Position numbers and translations under genes: made by a program | NCBI GenBank assembly: GCA_049514735.1 | Contig: JBEKUT010000001.1 | Span: 1-60,258, forward strand | Direction: 5' to 3' | Length of the DNA stretch: 60,258 nt | Source of the DNA: Bryobacteraceae bacterium | Lineage (GTDB): Bacteria; Acidobacteriota; Terriglobia; Bryobacterales; Bryobacteraceae | The notes under the pieces: generated by a model | What the model saw: the letters and a program-made list of their open reading frames with translations, nothing else | Database searches by the model: none | What the model was told of the DNA's origin: nothing | In this document: positions 27,009 through 36,737 of the stretch, in pieces | Layout of the letters: each line of letters starts with the position of its first letter | How positions within the stretch are numbered: position 1 is the first letter of the stretch

Positions 27009-27881
27009 ATGACGAAACAATTAGAGCTGGGCGGCAGCTTCACGCTTCCGGAGACTTCGATCACTTTGAAGCGCATGGGGTATGGCGCAATGCAACTTGC
27101 CGGTCCGGGGGTTTATGGACCGCCGCGCGATGTTGACGCTGCCATCGCGGTTCTGCGAGAGGCTGTCGCGGCCGGGGTGAACCACATCGATACGAGCGAT
27201 TTCTACGGTCCGCATGTGACCAACCAGATCATCAAGCGGGCTCTGCACCCCTATCCGGATGGACTGGTGCTGGTCACCAAACTCGGCGCACGGCGGCCGC
27301 CTGACAAATCGTGGGTCCATGCCCTTTCGCGTCAAGAGCTGATCGATGGTGTCCACGACAATCTGAGCAATCTTGGACTCGACGCCTTGGACGTGGTGAA
27401 TCTGCGGGTTGGCGGGATGATGGCTCCTTCGGACGGGTCGATCGAAGAACCGCTGACCGTGCTTGCGGAACTCAAGAGTCAGGGATTGATTCGGCATCTC
27501 GGCCTGAGCAACGTCAGTCCGAAGCAGTTGGAGGAAGCGCGGGCGATCACGGAGATTGTCTGCGTTCAGAACATGTACAACGTGGCGCAACGGAATGACG
27601 ACGGCTTTATCGAAGACCTTGCAACCAGCGGCGTTGCCTATGTGCCGTTCTTTCCGCTGGGAGGCTTTACTCCGCTGCAATCGTCGAAGCTTGACGCAGC
27701 CGCGGCGGCACTGCATGTGACGCCGATGCAAGTGGCACTCGCCTGGCTGCTGCAGCGCTCACCGAACATCCTGCCGATCCCCGGTACATCTTCACTCGCG
27801 CACCTTCGCGAGAATCTGAGCGCTGCGGCGCTGGAGCTTCCATCGGAAACGATTGCCGATCTTGATTCGATCCGCGCATAG
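27009..27881 (+). CDS. Aldo/keto reductase
   Basis: AKR family blocks are present: MGYGAMQLAG ... AVAAGVNHIDTSDFYG ... LVTKLG ... GLSNVS ... VQNMYN ... IPGTSSLAHLREN. Confidence 0.85.
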   Translation: MTKQLELGGSFTLPETSITLKRMGYGAMQLAGPGVYGPPRDVDAAIAVLREAVAAGVNHIDTSDFYGPHVTNQIIKRALHPYPDGLVLVTKLGARRPPDKSWVHALSRQELIDGVHDNLSNLGLDALDVVNLRVGGMMAPSDGSIEEPLTVLAELKSQGLIRHLGLSNVSPKQLEEARAITEIVCVQNMYNVAQRNDDGFIEDLATSGVAYVPFFPLGGFTPLQSSKLDAAAAALHVTPMQVALAWLLQRSPNILPIPGTSSLAHLRENLSAAALELPSETIADLDSIRA

Positions 27882-27890
27882 AACTTCGCG

Positions 27891-30431
27891 CTAGCGCGGG
27901 CTGAACGAGAAGCCTGAAATCGCGACCTCATCCTTGCCAGGGATGAAGAATCCGAACTTACCCTGGTTTGCATTCGCTTGCGGAAGCGTATCGATCACCA
28001 CCCACTGATCGCCTTCGCGCATCTTGTGAACAATGCGATCCGCTGAAATTTCGATCTGCAGGGTGAATGGCTCCTGGCCTTCAATCTGGACCTTCGGCCG
28101 CTCAACGCTCTTGCCGTTCGATACGATTCTCGACTGCAGGGTTTTCTTGTCGAGCTGGAAGTGGACGTAATTCTTATCGTCCACATTGTTGACACGCCAC
28201 TGGATGTGCTTGGTGAAAACGCCGCCCTTTAACAAGCGGGCGGAGAAGATGAAGACGCCCGTGCTGGGCTGCACATTGAACGGCACGAAGTTGCCGCCAC
28301 TGTGGACGAGCCAGCCGTTGCCGGCCTGCCACTCCGCCGGGTGCTCCCAATCCGGTTTGGCAATCGCCGCCTTGACGGTCCCGCCTTCCTTGACGAGCTT
28401 CACTTCGGCCACGGCCAGGTCGCCCGGCTTCACTTGGACCGAGACGGTAGCGTCCGTGTAGCCGGGGGCCTTGCCGACCAGAACATAGTTGCCCGCCGGA
28501 AGCGAGTGCGATCCGGCGACGATCGGATTTCCACGCGACTCGTCGGAGCGGCGGATCAGTACCTGGGCCTCCTTGGGCGTCAGAGTCAACCGCAGCGTCC
28601 CAGTGGCGCGTTCCAGAACCACAGCATCACCCGACAGTTCGAGGGTCTCGCCGGGACGGAAGGTTTTGCTCAAAGTCTTGGGGATGTACTGCTCCCGCCG
28701 GATCTCGACAGTATGATCGCCGGGAGCGACATTGGGGTATGAGAGCGCGCCGCTGGCATCGATCTTACCGGCGCTCTGGTTGTCGATCAGAACATCCGCG
28801 CCAGGCGTGGCGCCCGTGATGTGCAGCACCGCAATTTGCGGGATGGCCTGCAGTTTGAATGCAACCCGCGCCTCTTCACCCTTCTTGACGGAGGCGGTCT
28901 GCTCCTGCGAATCCTGGAATCCCTGCTTTACAACTTTTATCTTGTAGTCCTTGGGCGCGAGATTGTAGATCCACAACTGGCCGCGCTTTGTTTTGTGGGG
29001 ATACGCCTTGCCGTCGACCAGGACGGTCGCATTGTCCTCGCCAGCGTTGACCACCAGCACGCCGCTGGTGCTGGCGTTGATCCAGGCCGTGAGCACGGGA
29101 GCGGGACTGGCCGTTACCGTAAGTTTGCGGTCGTCTTTCCCGTCGTTGAGGGTCAGTTCATGATCCCCCGCTGCGATGTCGTTCAGGTCGATTCCATTGG
29201 CTCCCGCGTCTCCCGCCGGCTTGCCGTCGAGAGACACTTTCATCGGCATCACGCTGGTGCCGATGTGGATCTGGCTGCCAAGGCCGCTGGCCAGGACAGC
29301 CGCGAGATTTTTCGTGGCGATGGAACCCTGAAGCGTGGGCGCCGATCCGGGGGAGGCTAGAAAAGAGAACTTCGCCTCAGCGCCTTTATCGCTGGTGATT
29401 TTGACGTCGTGGGTACCGGCCGCCAAACGATCGAAAACGGCCTGCCCATCCTGGAGCGGTCCCATGGGCTTGCCGTCCAGAACCACTTGGCCGCCATTGC
29501 CGAGGTCGGTAAGGATTTTGAGCGTAGGAGCCTGCGGGATCAGCGTCAGGCTGAGCGTGACCGGATGGCCCGCCTCCACGGTGACGCTCTGGAGGGCTTG
29601 CTCGTATCCCGGGAGAACCGCCATCAGGTTGTATTGTCCAGGTTTAAGATCGATGCGGCAGTTTGACTTACAGGTCGATTGATCGTTGACGCGAATCTCG
29701 GCTCCGGCGGGGATGGTGCCGACCGACACCGCGACGGTAGAGGCCGGCGGCGCGATCGGCGGCGCGGCGGGCTTCCGCTTCACGTAGGCCATAACGCCTA
29801 CGATGGCAGCGACTACGAACAGGCCGAGGAACCCGCCGATCAACGCGGGTTTCCTCCAGTTCGCAGGCGGTCCAGCGGGCGGAGGAGGGGGCGGCGGAGG
29901 CGGCGGCGTCCTGACAGGAGGCACGTAGACTTCGCGCATCGATTCAGTCCGACTGCCGATGGATTCCTCGGGGGCGGTCCGCCCAGGATTCGGGAGGGGC
30001 AGCGTGTCGTCTATCTGAGCCGGGTAGGAAGACGTCGGGATGCTCGGAACCGGCGGCGCGCCGGTGGCGGACATGGCAATTCCGAGCGACCCGGTGGCAT
30101 GGGAGGCCAGCATGGGATTGCTCCCCGTGGTGACGCCACCCTCCGGTTTCAGTTCACGGCCGCGGCTCATAAGGTGCTGCTTGATGCCGGAGACCCGCTT
30201 CTGGACATCGAGATCGGCCGAGTTGTCCTTAGTAATCTCCTCAAGACGATAGAAAATCGGCTTCAAAGCGTTCAGGTCCGGAGCGGCGTCGATCTGGCCA
30301 TCCAGACGGTTCAGCTCATCCACAACGGACGAAGTTTCGCGTTTATTATCCACAACGTTCCTGCATCCTGAATTATATAGCCCGAGCGCAGGGGACGGTG
30401 GAGCCCCTGATTCCGCGTGCTTTACGGGCAC
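27891..30431 (-). CDS. Membrane-anchored PEGA-domain repeat protein with a proline-rich juxtamembrane region
   Basis: It has a cytoplasmic N-part, a P11 tract, and one TM helix (ALIGGFLGLFVVAAIVGVMAYV). Repeated PEGA-like beta modules follow (IRVNDQ ... LKPGQYNLMAVLPGYE; VLIDNQSAG ... APGDHTVEIRREQY; etc.). The start is uncertain. Confidence 0.65.
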   Translation of the reverse strand: MPVKHAESGAPPSPALGLYNSGCRNVVDNKRETSSVVDELNRLDGQIDAAPDLNALKPIFYRLEEITKDNSADLDVQKRVSGIKQHLMSRGRELKPEGGVTTGSNPMLASHATGSLGIAMSATGAPPVPSIPTSSYPAQIDDTLPLPNPGRTAPEESIGSRTESMREVYVPPVRTPPPPPPPPPPAGPPANWRKPALIGGFLGLFVVAAIVGVMAYVKRKPAAPPIAPPASTVAVSVGTIPAGAEIRVNDQSTCKSNCRIDLKPGQYNLMAVLPGYEQALQSVTVEAGHPVTLSLTLIPQAPTLKILTDLGNGGQVVLDGKPMGPLQDGQAVFDRLAAGTHDVKITSDKGAEAKFSFLASPGSAPTLQGSIATKNLAAVLASGLGSQIHIGTSVMPMKVSLDGKPAGDAGANGIDLNDIAAGDHELTLNDGKDDRKLTVTASPAPVLTAWINASTSGVLVVNAGEDNATVLVDGKAYPHKTKRGQLWIYNLAPKDYKIKVVKQGFQDSQEQTASVKKGEEARVAFKLQAIPQIAVLHITGATPGADVLIDNQSAGKIDASGALSYPNVAPGDHTVEIRREQYIPKTLSKTFRPGETLELSGDAVVLERATGTLRLTLTPKEAQVLIRRSDESRGNPIVAGSHSLPAGNYVLVGKAPGYTDATVSVQVKPGDLAVAEVKLVKEGGTVKAAIAKPDWEHPAEWQAGNGWLVHSGGNFVPFNVQPSTGVFIFSARLLKGGVFTKHIQWRVNNVDDKNYVHFQLDKKTLQSRIVSNGKSVERPKVQIEGQEPFTLQIEISADRIVHKMREGDQWVVIDTLPQANANQGKFGFFIPGKDEVAISGFSFSPR

Positions 30432-30520
30432 ACGCGGGCTTGAACGTCACACCTGGCGCACGAGATGCCAACTGAGTATTGATCGGCAGGTAGGTCCATT
30501 ATTTGCAGGGGTGGGGTTGT

Positions 30521-30922
30521 ATGAACAGGCTTGGCGCCGTAGTTGTGCTGCTCGCCGCGCTTAGTACTACTGGTACTGCGCAGCCGCAGAGATTCGTGGG
30601 TGATTGGGAAGCGCGGTTTAAGGGCGACGTGTTTCTGACGCTCAAACTCCAGGAGGGAGAGCCCATATCGGGGACTATGAGCGGGGGTTCTATCCGCGTC
30701 GATGACGATGGCAACCTGACGGAAGCGTCCGGCGGAGGCGACGAGCTACCGATCTCGAAAGCCGTTATTGAAGGCGATACGCTTTCGTTCGACTGGAAGG
30801 GCTCCGACGATGAAACGCTACGCATCCGGATGCGCGTGACCGGTGATGGTGAGGCGCAGCTTCAGTTTATGGGTTTGCCCGAGGGATTGAAGATGAAGCC
30901 TTTCACGCTCAAGCGAAAGTAA
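30521..30922 (+). CDS. Hypothetical secreted protein
   Basis: A signal peptide (MNRLGAVVVLLAALSTTGTAQP) is followed by a small beta-rich domain. I recognised no family. Confidence 0.5.
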   Translation: MNRLGAVVVLLAALSTTGTAQPQRFVGDWEARFKGDVFLTLKLQEGEPISGTMSGGSIRVDDDGNLTEASGGGDELPISKAVIEGDTLSFDWKGSDDETLRIRMRVTGDGEAQLQFMGLPEGLKMKPFTLKRK

Positions 30923-31107
30923 GACGGTGAGATCATCGGCTCGCTCACGCACCGACCCTCGATTCCGAGCCGCGCCCAGCAGGAAGCGGTTGGTCAAGGT
31001 GTTCGCGAAGCCAGACTGTGAGTGAAGTACGAGCAGTGCCGCTCCGTCACATTCGCGCTTTTGCAACCGGAAAGCGCTTCGCTCCCTCTGAAGAATCTGT
31101 ATGAATC

Positions 31108-31143
31108 GGGCAGCCGCTCCCTTCCGGTCACGGCTCGGAACGG
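31108..31143. repeat. Inverted partial copy of the 2096-2234 repeat family
   Basis: The reverse complement CCGTTCCGAGCCGTGACCGGAAGGGAGCGGCTGCCC matches CCGTAACCGAGCCGTGACCGGCAGGGAGCGGTTGGCCC (2207-2244) apart from a few substitutions and indels. It overlaps the last codons of hisA. Confidence 0.75.
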
Positions 31144-31865
31144 AGGGTTCGCGGCGAGGCCGGCGATTTCCATTTCAGGGATTCGGACGAAAGGGCTGCC
31201 AACTCGGCGAGATCGAGGCGACCCGTGTAGATGGCCATTCCGAGCGCGGCGTTGATATTGAGCTGGTGCAGGGCGCGAATATCGTCGATCGTTGTGATTC
31301 CGCCGGCCGCGGTGATTTCGTGGTTGGTGCGGGCGCGGAGCCGGCGAAACCAGTCAAGGTCGGTCCCGGCCAGCATGCCTTCCTTGTCGACGTAGGTGCA
31401 GAGGAAGCCGGAACAGTATGGCTCGAACTGTTTTAGGACGTCCTCGGCTGTGACATTGGTCGCTTCGGTCCAGCCTTGCACCACCACTTTGCCGCCCTTC
31501 GAATCGAGCGCGATAATCAGCCGATCCGGCCCGATAGCCGCCACGATCTGCTCCAGCACGGGTTTGTTGAACGCCGCTGTTCCGACGATCACCTTGTGCG
31601 CGCCTTGATCGATGAGCTTGCGGGCGCGCTCGGCCGTGCGGACGCCCCCTCCGACCCGCGTGACGGCGCGCGACGCGAGCAGTTCTACAATCTCGTCGTT
31701 GGAGCCTTTAGACATGGCGGCGTCCAAGTCGATCACCTGAATCTGCGGAAACGCCGCGAATTTCTCAAGCATCACGAGCGGCGAATCCCCTTCGAGCGCC
31801 TTCTCGCGGCCTTGAACGAGTTGGACGACTTTGCCATCCATCAGGTCGATACAGGGGATGATCAC
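31128..31865 (-). CDS. hisA: ProFAR isomerase HisA
   Basis: The sequence is [19 protein letters not shown] ... VGGGVR ... [11 protein letters not shown] ... AAGGI. An ATGA-type overlap links it to hisF. The C-terminal tail runs into the repeat element. Confidence 0.8.
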   Translation of the reverse strand: MIIPCIDLMDGKVVQLVQGREKALEGDSPLVMLEKFAAFPQIQVIDLDAAMSKGSNDEIVELLASRAVTRVGGGVRTAERARKLIDQGAHKVIVGTAAFNKPVLEQIVAAIGPDRLIIALDSKGGKVVVQGWTEATNVTAEDVLKQFEPYCSGFLCTYVDKEGMLAGTDLDWFRRLRARTNHEITAAGGITTIDDIRALHQLNINAALGMAIYTGRLDLAELAALSSESLKWKSPASPRTLRSEP

Positions 31866-32626
31866 TGGGCTGGTCTCACGGGAACGTTCCGCTCTTGCAA
31901 ATAATGTTTCAAGTCAGCGACCGTGTAGGTTCCGTAATGGAAGATAGAGGCTGCCAGGGCGGCATCGGCAAGGCCTGTGGTTAGAACACGCTCGAAATCT
32001 TCGGGCTTGCCCGCGCCTCCGGAAGCGATGATGGGGATTTGCGTGGCGCGTGAGATCGCCGCGGTCAGGGTGCAATCGAAGCCTTCCTGAACGCCGTCCG
32101 TGTCCATCGACGTGAGCAGGATTTCGCCGGCTCCCAGTGCTTCGCCTTGCTGTGCCCACTCGATGGCATTGATGCCTTCGTCGTCGCGGCCGCCGCGCGT
32201 GTACACGTTCCACGATCCGTTATCGTTGCGTCGCGCGTCGATGGCGAGCACTACCGCTTGAGCGCCAAACTCCTGGCTCAATTCGTGGATCAGCTCCGAG
32301 CGACGGACCGCGGCGGTATTGATGCTGACCTTGTCGGCGCCGCTGAGCAGGATGCGGCGCGCATCGGCGATGGAGCGAATGCCGCCGCCGACCGTCAATG
32401 GAATAAAGACGCGGCGAGCCGTGCGCGCGACCACGTCGGCCATGATTTCGCGCGCGTCGCTCGAAGCCGTAATGTCGAGAAAAACCAGTTCGTCCGCGCC
32501 CTGGCTGTTGTAGCGTTCGGCGAGTTCCACGGGATCTCCCGCATCGCGCAGATTGACGAAATTCACGCCCTTGACGACGCGGCCGCCAGTGACATCCAAA
32601 CAGGGAATGATGCGTTTGGCTAGCAC
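31862..32626 (-). CDS. hisF: Imidazole glycerol phosphate synthase cyclase subunit HisF
   Basis: The sequence is [36 protein letters not shown] ... TVGGGIRS ... [12 protein letters not shown] ... ASGGAG. Confidence 0.9.
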   Translation of the reverse strand: MLAKRIIPCLDVTGGRVVKGVNFVNLRDAGDPVELAERYNSQGADELVFLDITASSDAREIMADVVARTARRVFIPLTVGGGIRSIADARRILLSGADKVSINTAAVRRSELIHELSQEFGAQAVVLAIDARRNDNGSWNVYTRGGRDDEGINAIEWAQQGEALGAGEILLTSMDTDGVQEGFDCTLTAAISRATQIPIIASGGAGKPEDFERVLTTGLADAALAASIFHYGTYTVADLKHYLQERNVPVRPAQ

Positions 32627-33219
32627 AGGTCGACGAAATTTCTCACAATCGCGAGGCCTAGCGGCCCTGATTTTTCGGGGTGAAACTGCACGCCGTAAAT
32701 ATTGTTCGAATCGAGCAAAGCCGTGTAAGGGAGCGTGTACGTGCAGGTGGCGGCAGTGGAATCGACCACCGGCGCGTAATAGCTATGAGCGAAATAGACG
32801 TAGGGCGCGGCGCCGAGATTTGTGAGCAGTTTGGAATTGCGCAGCGGCTCGAGTTCGTTCCATCCCATGTGCGGAATGCGAACGTCGCCGCCGGCGAAGC
32901 GCCTGACCTTGCCCTGAAAAATGCCGAGGCCGGTGAGTTCGGGCGCTTCCTCGCTGGAACCGAACAGCGCCTGCAGGCCGAGGCAGATTCCGAGAAACGG
33001 GACGCCGGCGTGGATGCGTTCAAGCAGCGGTTGGCGCACTTCCATGTTGTCGAGAGCGCGCATCATTTGGCCGAAGTGTCCGACGCCGGGAAGGATGATC
33101 TTCGTCGCTTCGTGAAGTTCATCGCCCGTTTGAACCAGTTGGTAGTCGGCGCGGATCTCGTCGAGAGTGTTCTGGACGGAGCGGATGTTACCCGCGCCAT
33201 AATCGAGAATGCCGATCAT
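32620..33219 (-). CDS. hisH: Imidazole glycerol phosphate synthase glutamine amidotransferase subunit HisH
   Basis: I chose the start at [15 protein letters not shown]. The catalytic motifs are [10 protein letters not shown] ... HSY ... GVQFHPEKS. It overlaps the hisB stop by 4 nt. Confidence 0.9.
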   Translation of the reverse strand: MIGILDYGAGNIRSVQNTLDEIRADYQLVQTGDELHEATKIILPGVGHFGQMMRALDNMEVRQPLLERIHAGVPFLGICLGLQALFGSSEEAPELTGLGIFQGKVRRFAGGDVRIPHMGWNELEPLRNSKLLTNLGAAPYVYFAHSYYAPVVDSTAATCTYTLPYTALLDSNNIYGVQFHPEKSGPLGLAIVRNFVDLC

Positions 33220-33803
33220 AAGAGTCCTTTGGTGGATGGCAATTGATCTTTTAAGCGCGCGTCTTTGGAACAGGCATATCGCAAGGCGCGCGCAAAACAC
33301 TTGAAGATCGCTTCGATTTTGTGATGGCTGGACCGGCCGTAGAGAACTTTCGCGTGAAGATTTGCGCCGGCGTGATTTACGAATCCGCCGAAGAAATCTT
33401 CGACGAGCTCGGTTTGCAGATCGCCCACCGTTCGAACTTTGACCTTATCCTTATAGACGAGCGCTGGCCGGCCGCCGAGGTCGAGCGCCACAACGGCGAG
33501 CGTTTCATCCATCGTCATCACAAAATAACCGGCGCGATTGATGCCTTTGCGATCGCCGAGGGCTTGCGCGAACAACTGGCCCAGCACGATCCCGACATCT
33601 TCCACGGTGTGGTGCTGATCGACATCGAGGTCGCCGGTGGCTTTGAGTGTGAGGTCGAACCCGCCATGCTTGGCGAACAGCTCCAGCATGTGATCGAAGA
33701 AGCGGATGCCGGTTGAGATGTCGTACTTGCCGCGTCCCTCAATGCGGAGCGTCGCGGTGATCTGAGTTTCTTTCGTGTTGCGCGTGAGATCAGCAGATCT
33801 CAT
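33216..33803 (-). CDS. hisB: Imidazoleglycerol-phosphate dehydratase HisB (monofunctional)
   Basis: I chose the start at [23 protein letters not shown]. The IGPD motifs are [12 protein letters not shown] ... [11 protein letters not shown] ... [13 protein letters not shown]. There is no fused phosphatase domain. Confidence 0.9.
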   Translation of the reverse strand: MRSADLTRNTKETQITATLRIEGRGKYDISTGIRFFDHMLELFAKHGGFDLTLKATGDLDVDQHHTVEDVGIVLGQLFAQALGDRKGINRAGYFVMTMDETLAVVALDLGGRPALVYKDKVKVRTVGDLQTELVEDFFGGFVNHAGANLHAKVLYGRSSHHKIEAIFKCFARALRYACSKDARLKDQLPSTKGLL

Positions 33804-34446
33804 TGATGTCACCCAAAACCTGGATGGCGCCTTCCTGCTGGAGCAGCGCGACCACATCGTTTCTGCCTGGCGTCTCCGGACCTACGACGCCGATGAAGGG
33901 CACGTTTGCGGCGCGGGCGCTGCGGGCGTCATCGACAGTGTCGCCGACGTAGAGCAAGCGCTTGCCGGGATGCTGCGCGGCGATCTTCATGAGACCTTCG
34001 GGATGCGGTTTGCCGTTCTCGACATCGTCGGAAGACACGATCATGCAGAAATGCTCGCCGCAGCGCTCGCGTTGCAGCGTGACGCCGGCTTCCTTCCGAT
34101 TGCGGCCGGTAAAGATTGCAAGATCGAAGCGCTCTAGAAGCGTCTCGAAGAAGCCGTTCTTCGGGAGCCAGCGCTCGCGATGGATGAGTCCCTGATCCAG
34201 GAACAGCTCATTGAAATACGCGACCACCGTTGCATAGTCGACTTCGACGCCGAGGTCGGCGCAAATCTTCCGCGATAAGGCCCAATCGTTATTCCAACCG
34301 CCCGAGTTCTTGTAATCCTGGATCCGCTCGCGCGCGATTTTCTTGCCGGTGAAATGCTCGACAGTCCGGACGATGGTTTCGCGATACGATTCGGACACGT
34401 CGACAAGCACGCCGTCCATGTCGAAAACGAGAAGCTGTTTCACCAT
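33790..34446 (-). CDS. HAD superfamily (subfamily IA-like) hydrolase embedded in the his operon; candidate histidinol-phosphatase
   Basis: I chose the start at [16 protein letters not shown] (HAD motif I). Also present are FTGR (motif II), GKPHP (motif III Lys) and [11 protein letters not shown] (motif IV). It overlaps both hisC (7 nt) and hisB (14 nt). Confidence 0.7.
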   Translation of the reverse strand: MVKQLLVFDMDGVLVDVSESYRETIVRTVEHFTGKKIARERIQDYKNSGGWNNDWALSRKICADLGVEVDYATVVAYFNELFLDQGLIHRERWLPKNGFFETLLERFDLAIFTGRNRKEAGVTLQRERCGEHFCMIVSSDDVENGKPHPEGLMKIAAQHPGKRLLYVGDTVDDARSARAANVPFIGVVGPETPGRNDVVALLQQEGAIQVLGDINEIC

Positions 34447-35516
34447 ATTTCGCGAAGCTCCTTCAGGAAGCGGCGGACCTGATCGCGCGTGCCGACGGTT
34501 ACGCGAACACATCCAGGAATTTCGTAGCTGCGGTCGCGAACGAGTACGCCCTGGGCGCGCAGTTCGTCGCGGATGAAAACGGCACGCTCGCCGGCGTCGA
34601 AAAGGACGAAGTTCGCTTTGCTCTCGTAATATGGGATGCCCAGTTCTTCCAGGCCGACGTAGAGCAGTTCGCGCGCGGCCAGCACTTCCGTCACGTACTT
34701 TTCGACGAAGGCCGTGTCTTGCACCGCGGCACGGGCCGCGACCGTCGCAACCGTGTTTACGCTGTACGGCGATTGGGCTTTGTGCAGGAACTCGACATTT
34801 TCGGATTGCGAAAAGAGACACCCGATGCGCATCCCGGCCATGCCGTAAACTTTCGAGAACGTCCGGCTGACGAAGAGGTTCGGATAGTCGTTGATCAGGC
34901 CGAGCGTGGTGACGCCCGAGAATTCGTAATAGGCTTCGTCTATTAGCACCGCGGCGTTCGTCGCTTTTTCCAGGACTCGTTCGATACCCGCGCGCGATGT
35001 GCCGGTGCCGGTGGGATTGTTCGGATTGGAGATGAGCACGGCGCGAGTGACGGGGCTGATCGCGTCCAGTAACTCTTCCAACGGAAACGCGAGCTTCTCG
35101 CGGCGGTAAGGAATTTCGCGAACCTCCGCTCCCGCGACCTCGGCGTAAAAGCGATACATGGCGTAAGAAGGCTGCAGCGAGACGACCTCGTCGCCATCGT
35201 CCACATACGTGTTGATGAGCACCTGGATGGCTTCGTCGGTGCCGTTGGTGAGGATGAAATCCTCCGGTTCGACGCCGAAGAACGCGGCCAGTTCCTGCTT
35301 CGCGGCGCGGTATTCCGGGTAGACGGCGAGGCGCTCTTCCGTCAAATATTCGAGCAGCGCTTCGATGACTCGTGGCGATGCGCCGATAGTGTTCTCGTTG
35401 AAATCGAGACGCACTTTTCCAAGGCGGCCTGATGTCGGCGGCGAGTACGGCTGCATGCGAAGGACCGCTTCTCGCGGCTGCAGCACGCCGGGTGGCAGTT
35501 CGATTTCTCTAGACAA
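34440..35516 (-). CDS. hisC: Histidinol-phosphate aminotransferase HisC
   Basis: It is a class II aminotransferase: LDFNENTIG ... LISNPNNPTG ... VSRTFSKVYGMAGMRIGC (the PLP-binding Lys). Confidence 0.9.
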   Translation of the reverse strand: MSREIELPPGVLQPREAVLRMQPYSPPTSGRLGKVRLDFNENTIGASPRVIEALLEYLTEERLAVYPEYRAAKQELAAFFGVEPEDFILTNGTDEAIQVLINTYVDDGDEVVSLQPSYAMYRFYAEVAGAEVREIPYRREKLAFPLEELLDAISPVTRAVLISNPNNPTGTGTSRAGIERVLEKATNAAVLIDEAYYEFSGVTTLGLINDYPNLFVSRTFSKVYGMAGMRIGCLFSQSENVEFLHKAQSPYSVNTVATVAARAAVQDTAFVEKYVTEVLAARELLYVGLEELGIPYYESKANFVLFDAGERAVFIRDELRAQGVLVRDRSYEIPGCVRVTVGTRDQVRRFLKELREIW

Positions 35517-36735
35517 GTCTTACCTCCACGGAGCGCGCGTGCGCTTCTAGTCCTTCAGCCCGCGCAAGCGTTGTGACGGCCGGCGCGAGTTTCTTCAGAG
35601 CGTCGTGCGTCAATTCCTGTATCGAAATTACTTTTACGAAATCGGCTGAGGAAAGGCCGCCTCGGATGCGGGCGGCGCCGGATGTTGGCAGCACGTGATT
35701 CGGGCCCGACGCGTAATCGCCCGCGGCTTCGGGACTGTTCGGTCCGATGAAGACGCTGCCAGCGTTTTGAATTCCTGTTAGGAGCGATGCATCGGGAATC
35801 GCGAGATGCTCGGGGGCGATGCGGTTTGAAATCTCGACTGCTTCTTCGATAGAACGCACCAGCACGATGGCGCTGTTATTCTTGATCGCCTCGCACGCGA
35901 CAGGCGCGGTGGGCAGCATGTCGAGTTGGCGGCTGACTTCCAAGGCCACGCGTTCGGCCAGTTGACGCGATGTGGTGAGCAGGATCGACGATGCTTCCGT
36001 ATCATGCTCGGCCTGCGCCAGCATGTCGGCGGCGATGTGCCGTGGATCGCCTTCTTCGGCGATGATCACGATCTCAGTGGGACCGGCCACAAAATCGATA
36101 CCAACCTCGCCCGCGAGCAGTTTCTTTGCGGCCGCGACATAGATGTTGCCGGGACCGACAATCCGATCAACCTTGGGAACGGTCTCCGTGCCGAAGGCAA
36201 ACGCCGCGATCGCGTGCGCGCCTCCGAGGCGGAACATACGGCCTGTGCCGCAGAATTCGAAAGCCGCGAGAATCTCGGTGCTTGGATGCGGGCACGCGAC
36301 GCAGATGTTCTTGACGCCAGCGACCTGAGCCGGGATGACGGTCATTAATAATGTCGAGGGCAGCGGATAACGTCCGGCGGGGATGTAAGCGCCCATGGAA
36401 TCGAGCGGACGCACGATGTTCCCGAGCCTGCGCCCTCCGGGCAACTCGGTGGAACTCTCGCGCGGCAACTGCATCTGGGCGTATTCGCGAATGTTCGCGG
36501 ATGCCACTTCCAGTGCGCGCGTAAACTCAGGGGTAACGTGGAGCGGTGATGGCGCTACCAGAAAACTGTCGCCCTCGAACGCGTCGAACTTGCGTGCATA
36601 TTCCAGCAGCGCCGCGTCGCCGCGTCTACGCACGTTATCGAGGATCGGCGCGACCGTCGCTTCCGCTTCTGAGAGCCGAACGGATCTGCGCGCGATGAGC
36701 TGTTCGGATTGTGAACTGTCGATGATTCGCAGCAT
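35509..36735 (-). CDS. hisD: Histidinol dehydrogenase HisD
   Basis: I chose the start at MLRIIDSS. The motifs are GAYIPAGRYPLPSTLLM ... VGPGNIYVAAAKK ... AEHD ... GDYASGPNHVLPT. Confidence 0.9.
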   Translation of the reverse strand: MLRIIDSSQSEQLIARRSVRLSEAEATVAPILDNVRRRGDAALLEYARKFDAFEGDSFLVAPSPLHVTPEFTRALEVASANIREYAQMQLPRESSTELPGGRRLGNIVRPLDSMGAYIPAGRYPLPSTLLMTVIPAQVAGVKNICVACPHPSTEILAAFEFCGTGRMFRLGGAHAIAAFAFGTETVPKVDRIVGPGNIYVAAAKKLLAGEVGIDFVAGPTEIVIIAEEGDPRHIAADMLAQAEHDTEASSILLTTSRQLAERVALEVSRQLDMLPTAPVACEAIKNNSAIVLVRSIEEAVEISNRIAPEHLAIPDASLLTGIQNAGSVFIGPNSPEAAGDYASGPNHVLPTSGAARIRGGLSSADFVKVISIQELTHDALKKLAPAVTTLARAEGLEAHARSVEVRLV

Positions 36736-36737
36736 GG

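Noticed and set aside
27021-27731. Long antisense ORFs opposite well-supported genes. Examples: 27021-27731, 40228-40911, 41504-42376, 44774-45667, 52736-53638, 53635-54366 and 59316-59918.
   Set aside because: Each is fully contained in, and antisense to, a gene with strong family motifs. Their composition is biased and no motifs are recognisable.
33790-34821. 343-aa version of the HAD ORF in the ORF track, and similar N-terminal extensions of hisD (to 36855), hisB (to 33857), hisH (to 33300), the carboxylase alpha subunit (from 39556), tolB (from 53419), pal (from 54815) and the DeoC-like gene (from 56762)
   Set aside because: The extensions are Arg/Pro-rich, overlap the conserved 3' ends of the upstream genes, and precede Met codons that give canonical N-termini. 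Internal starts were used instead.
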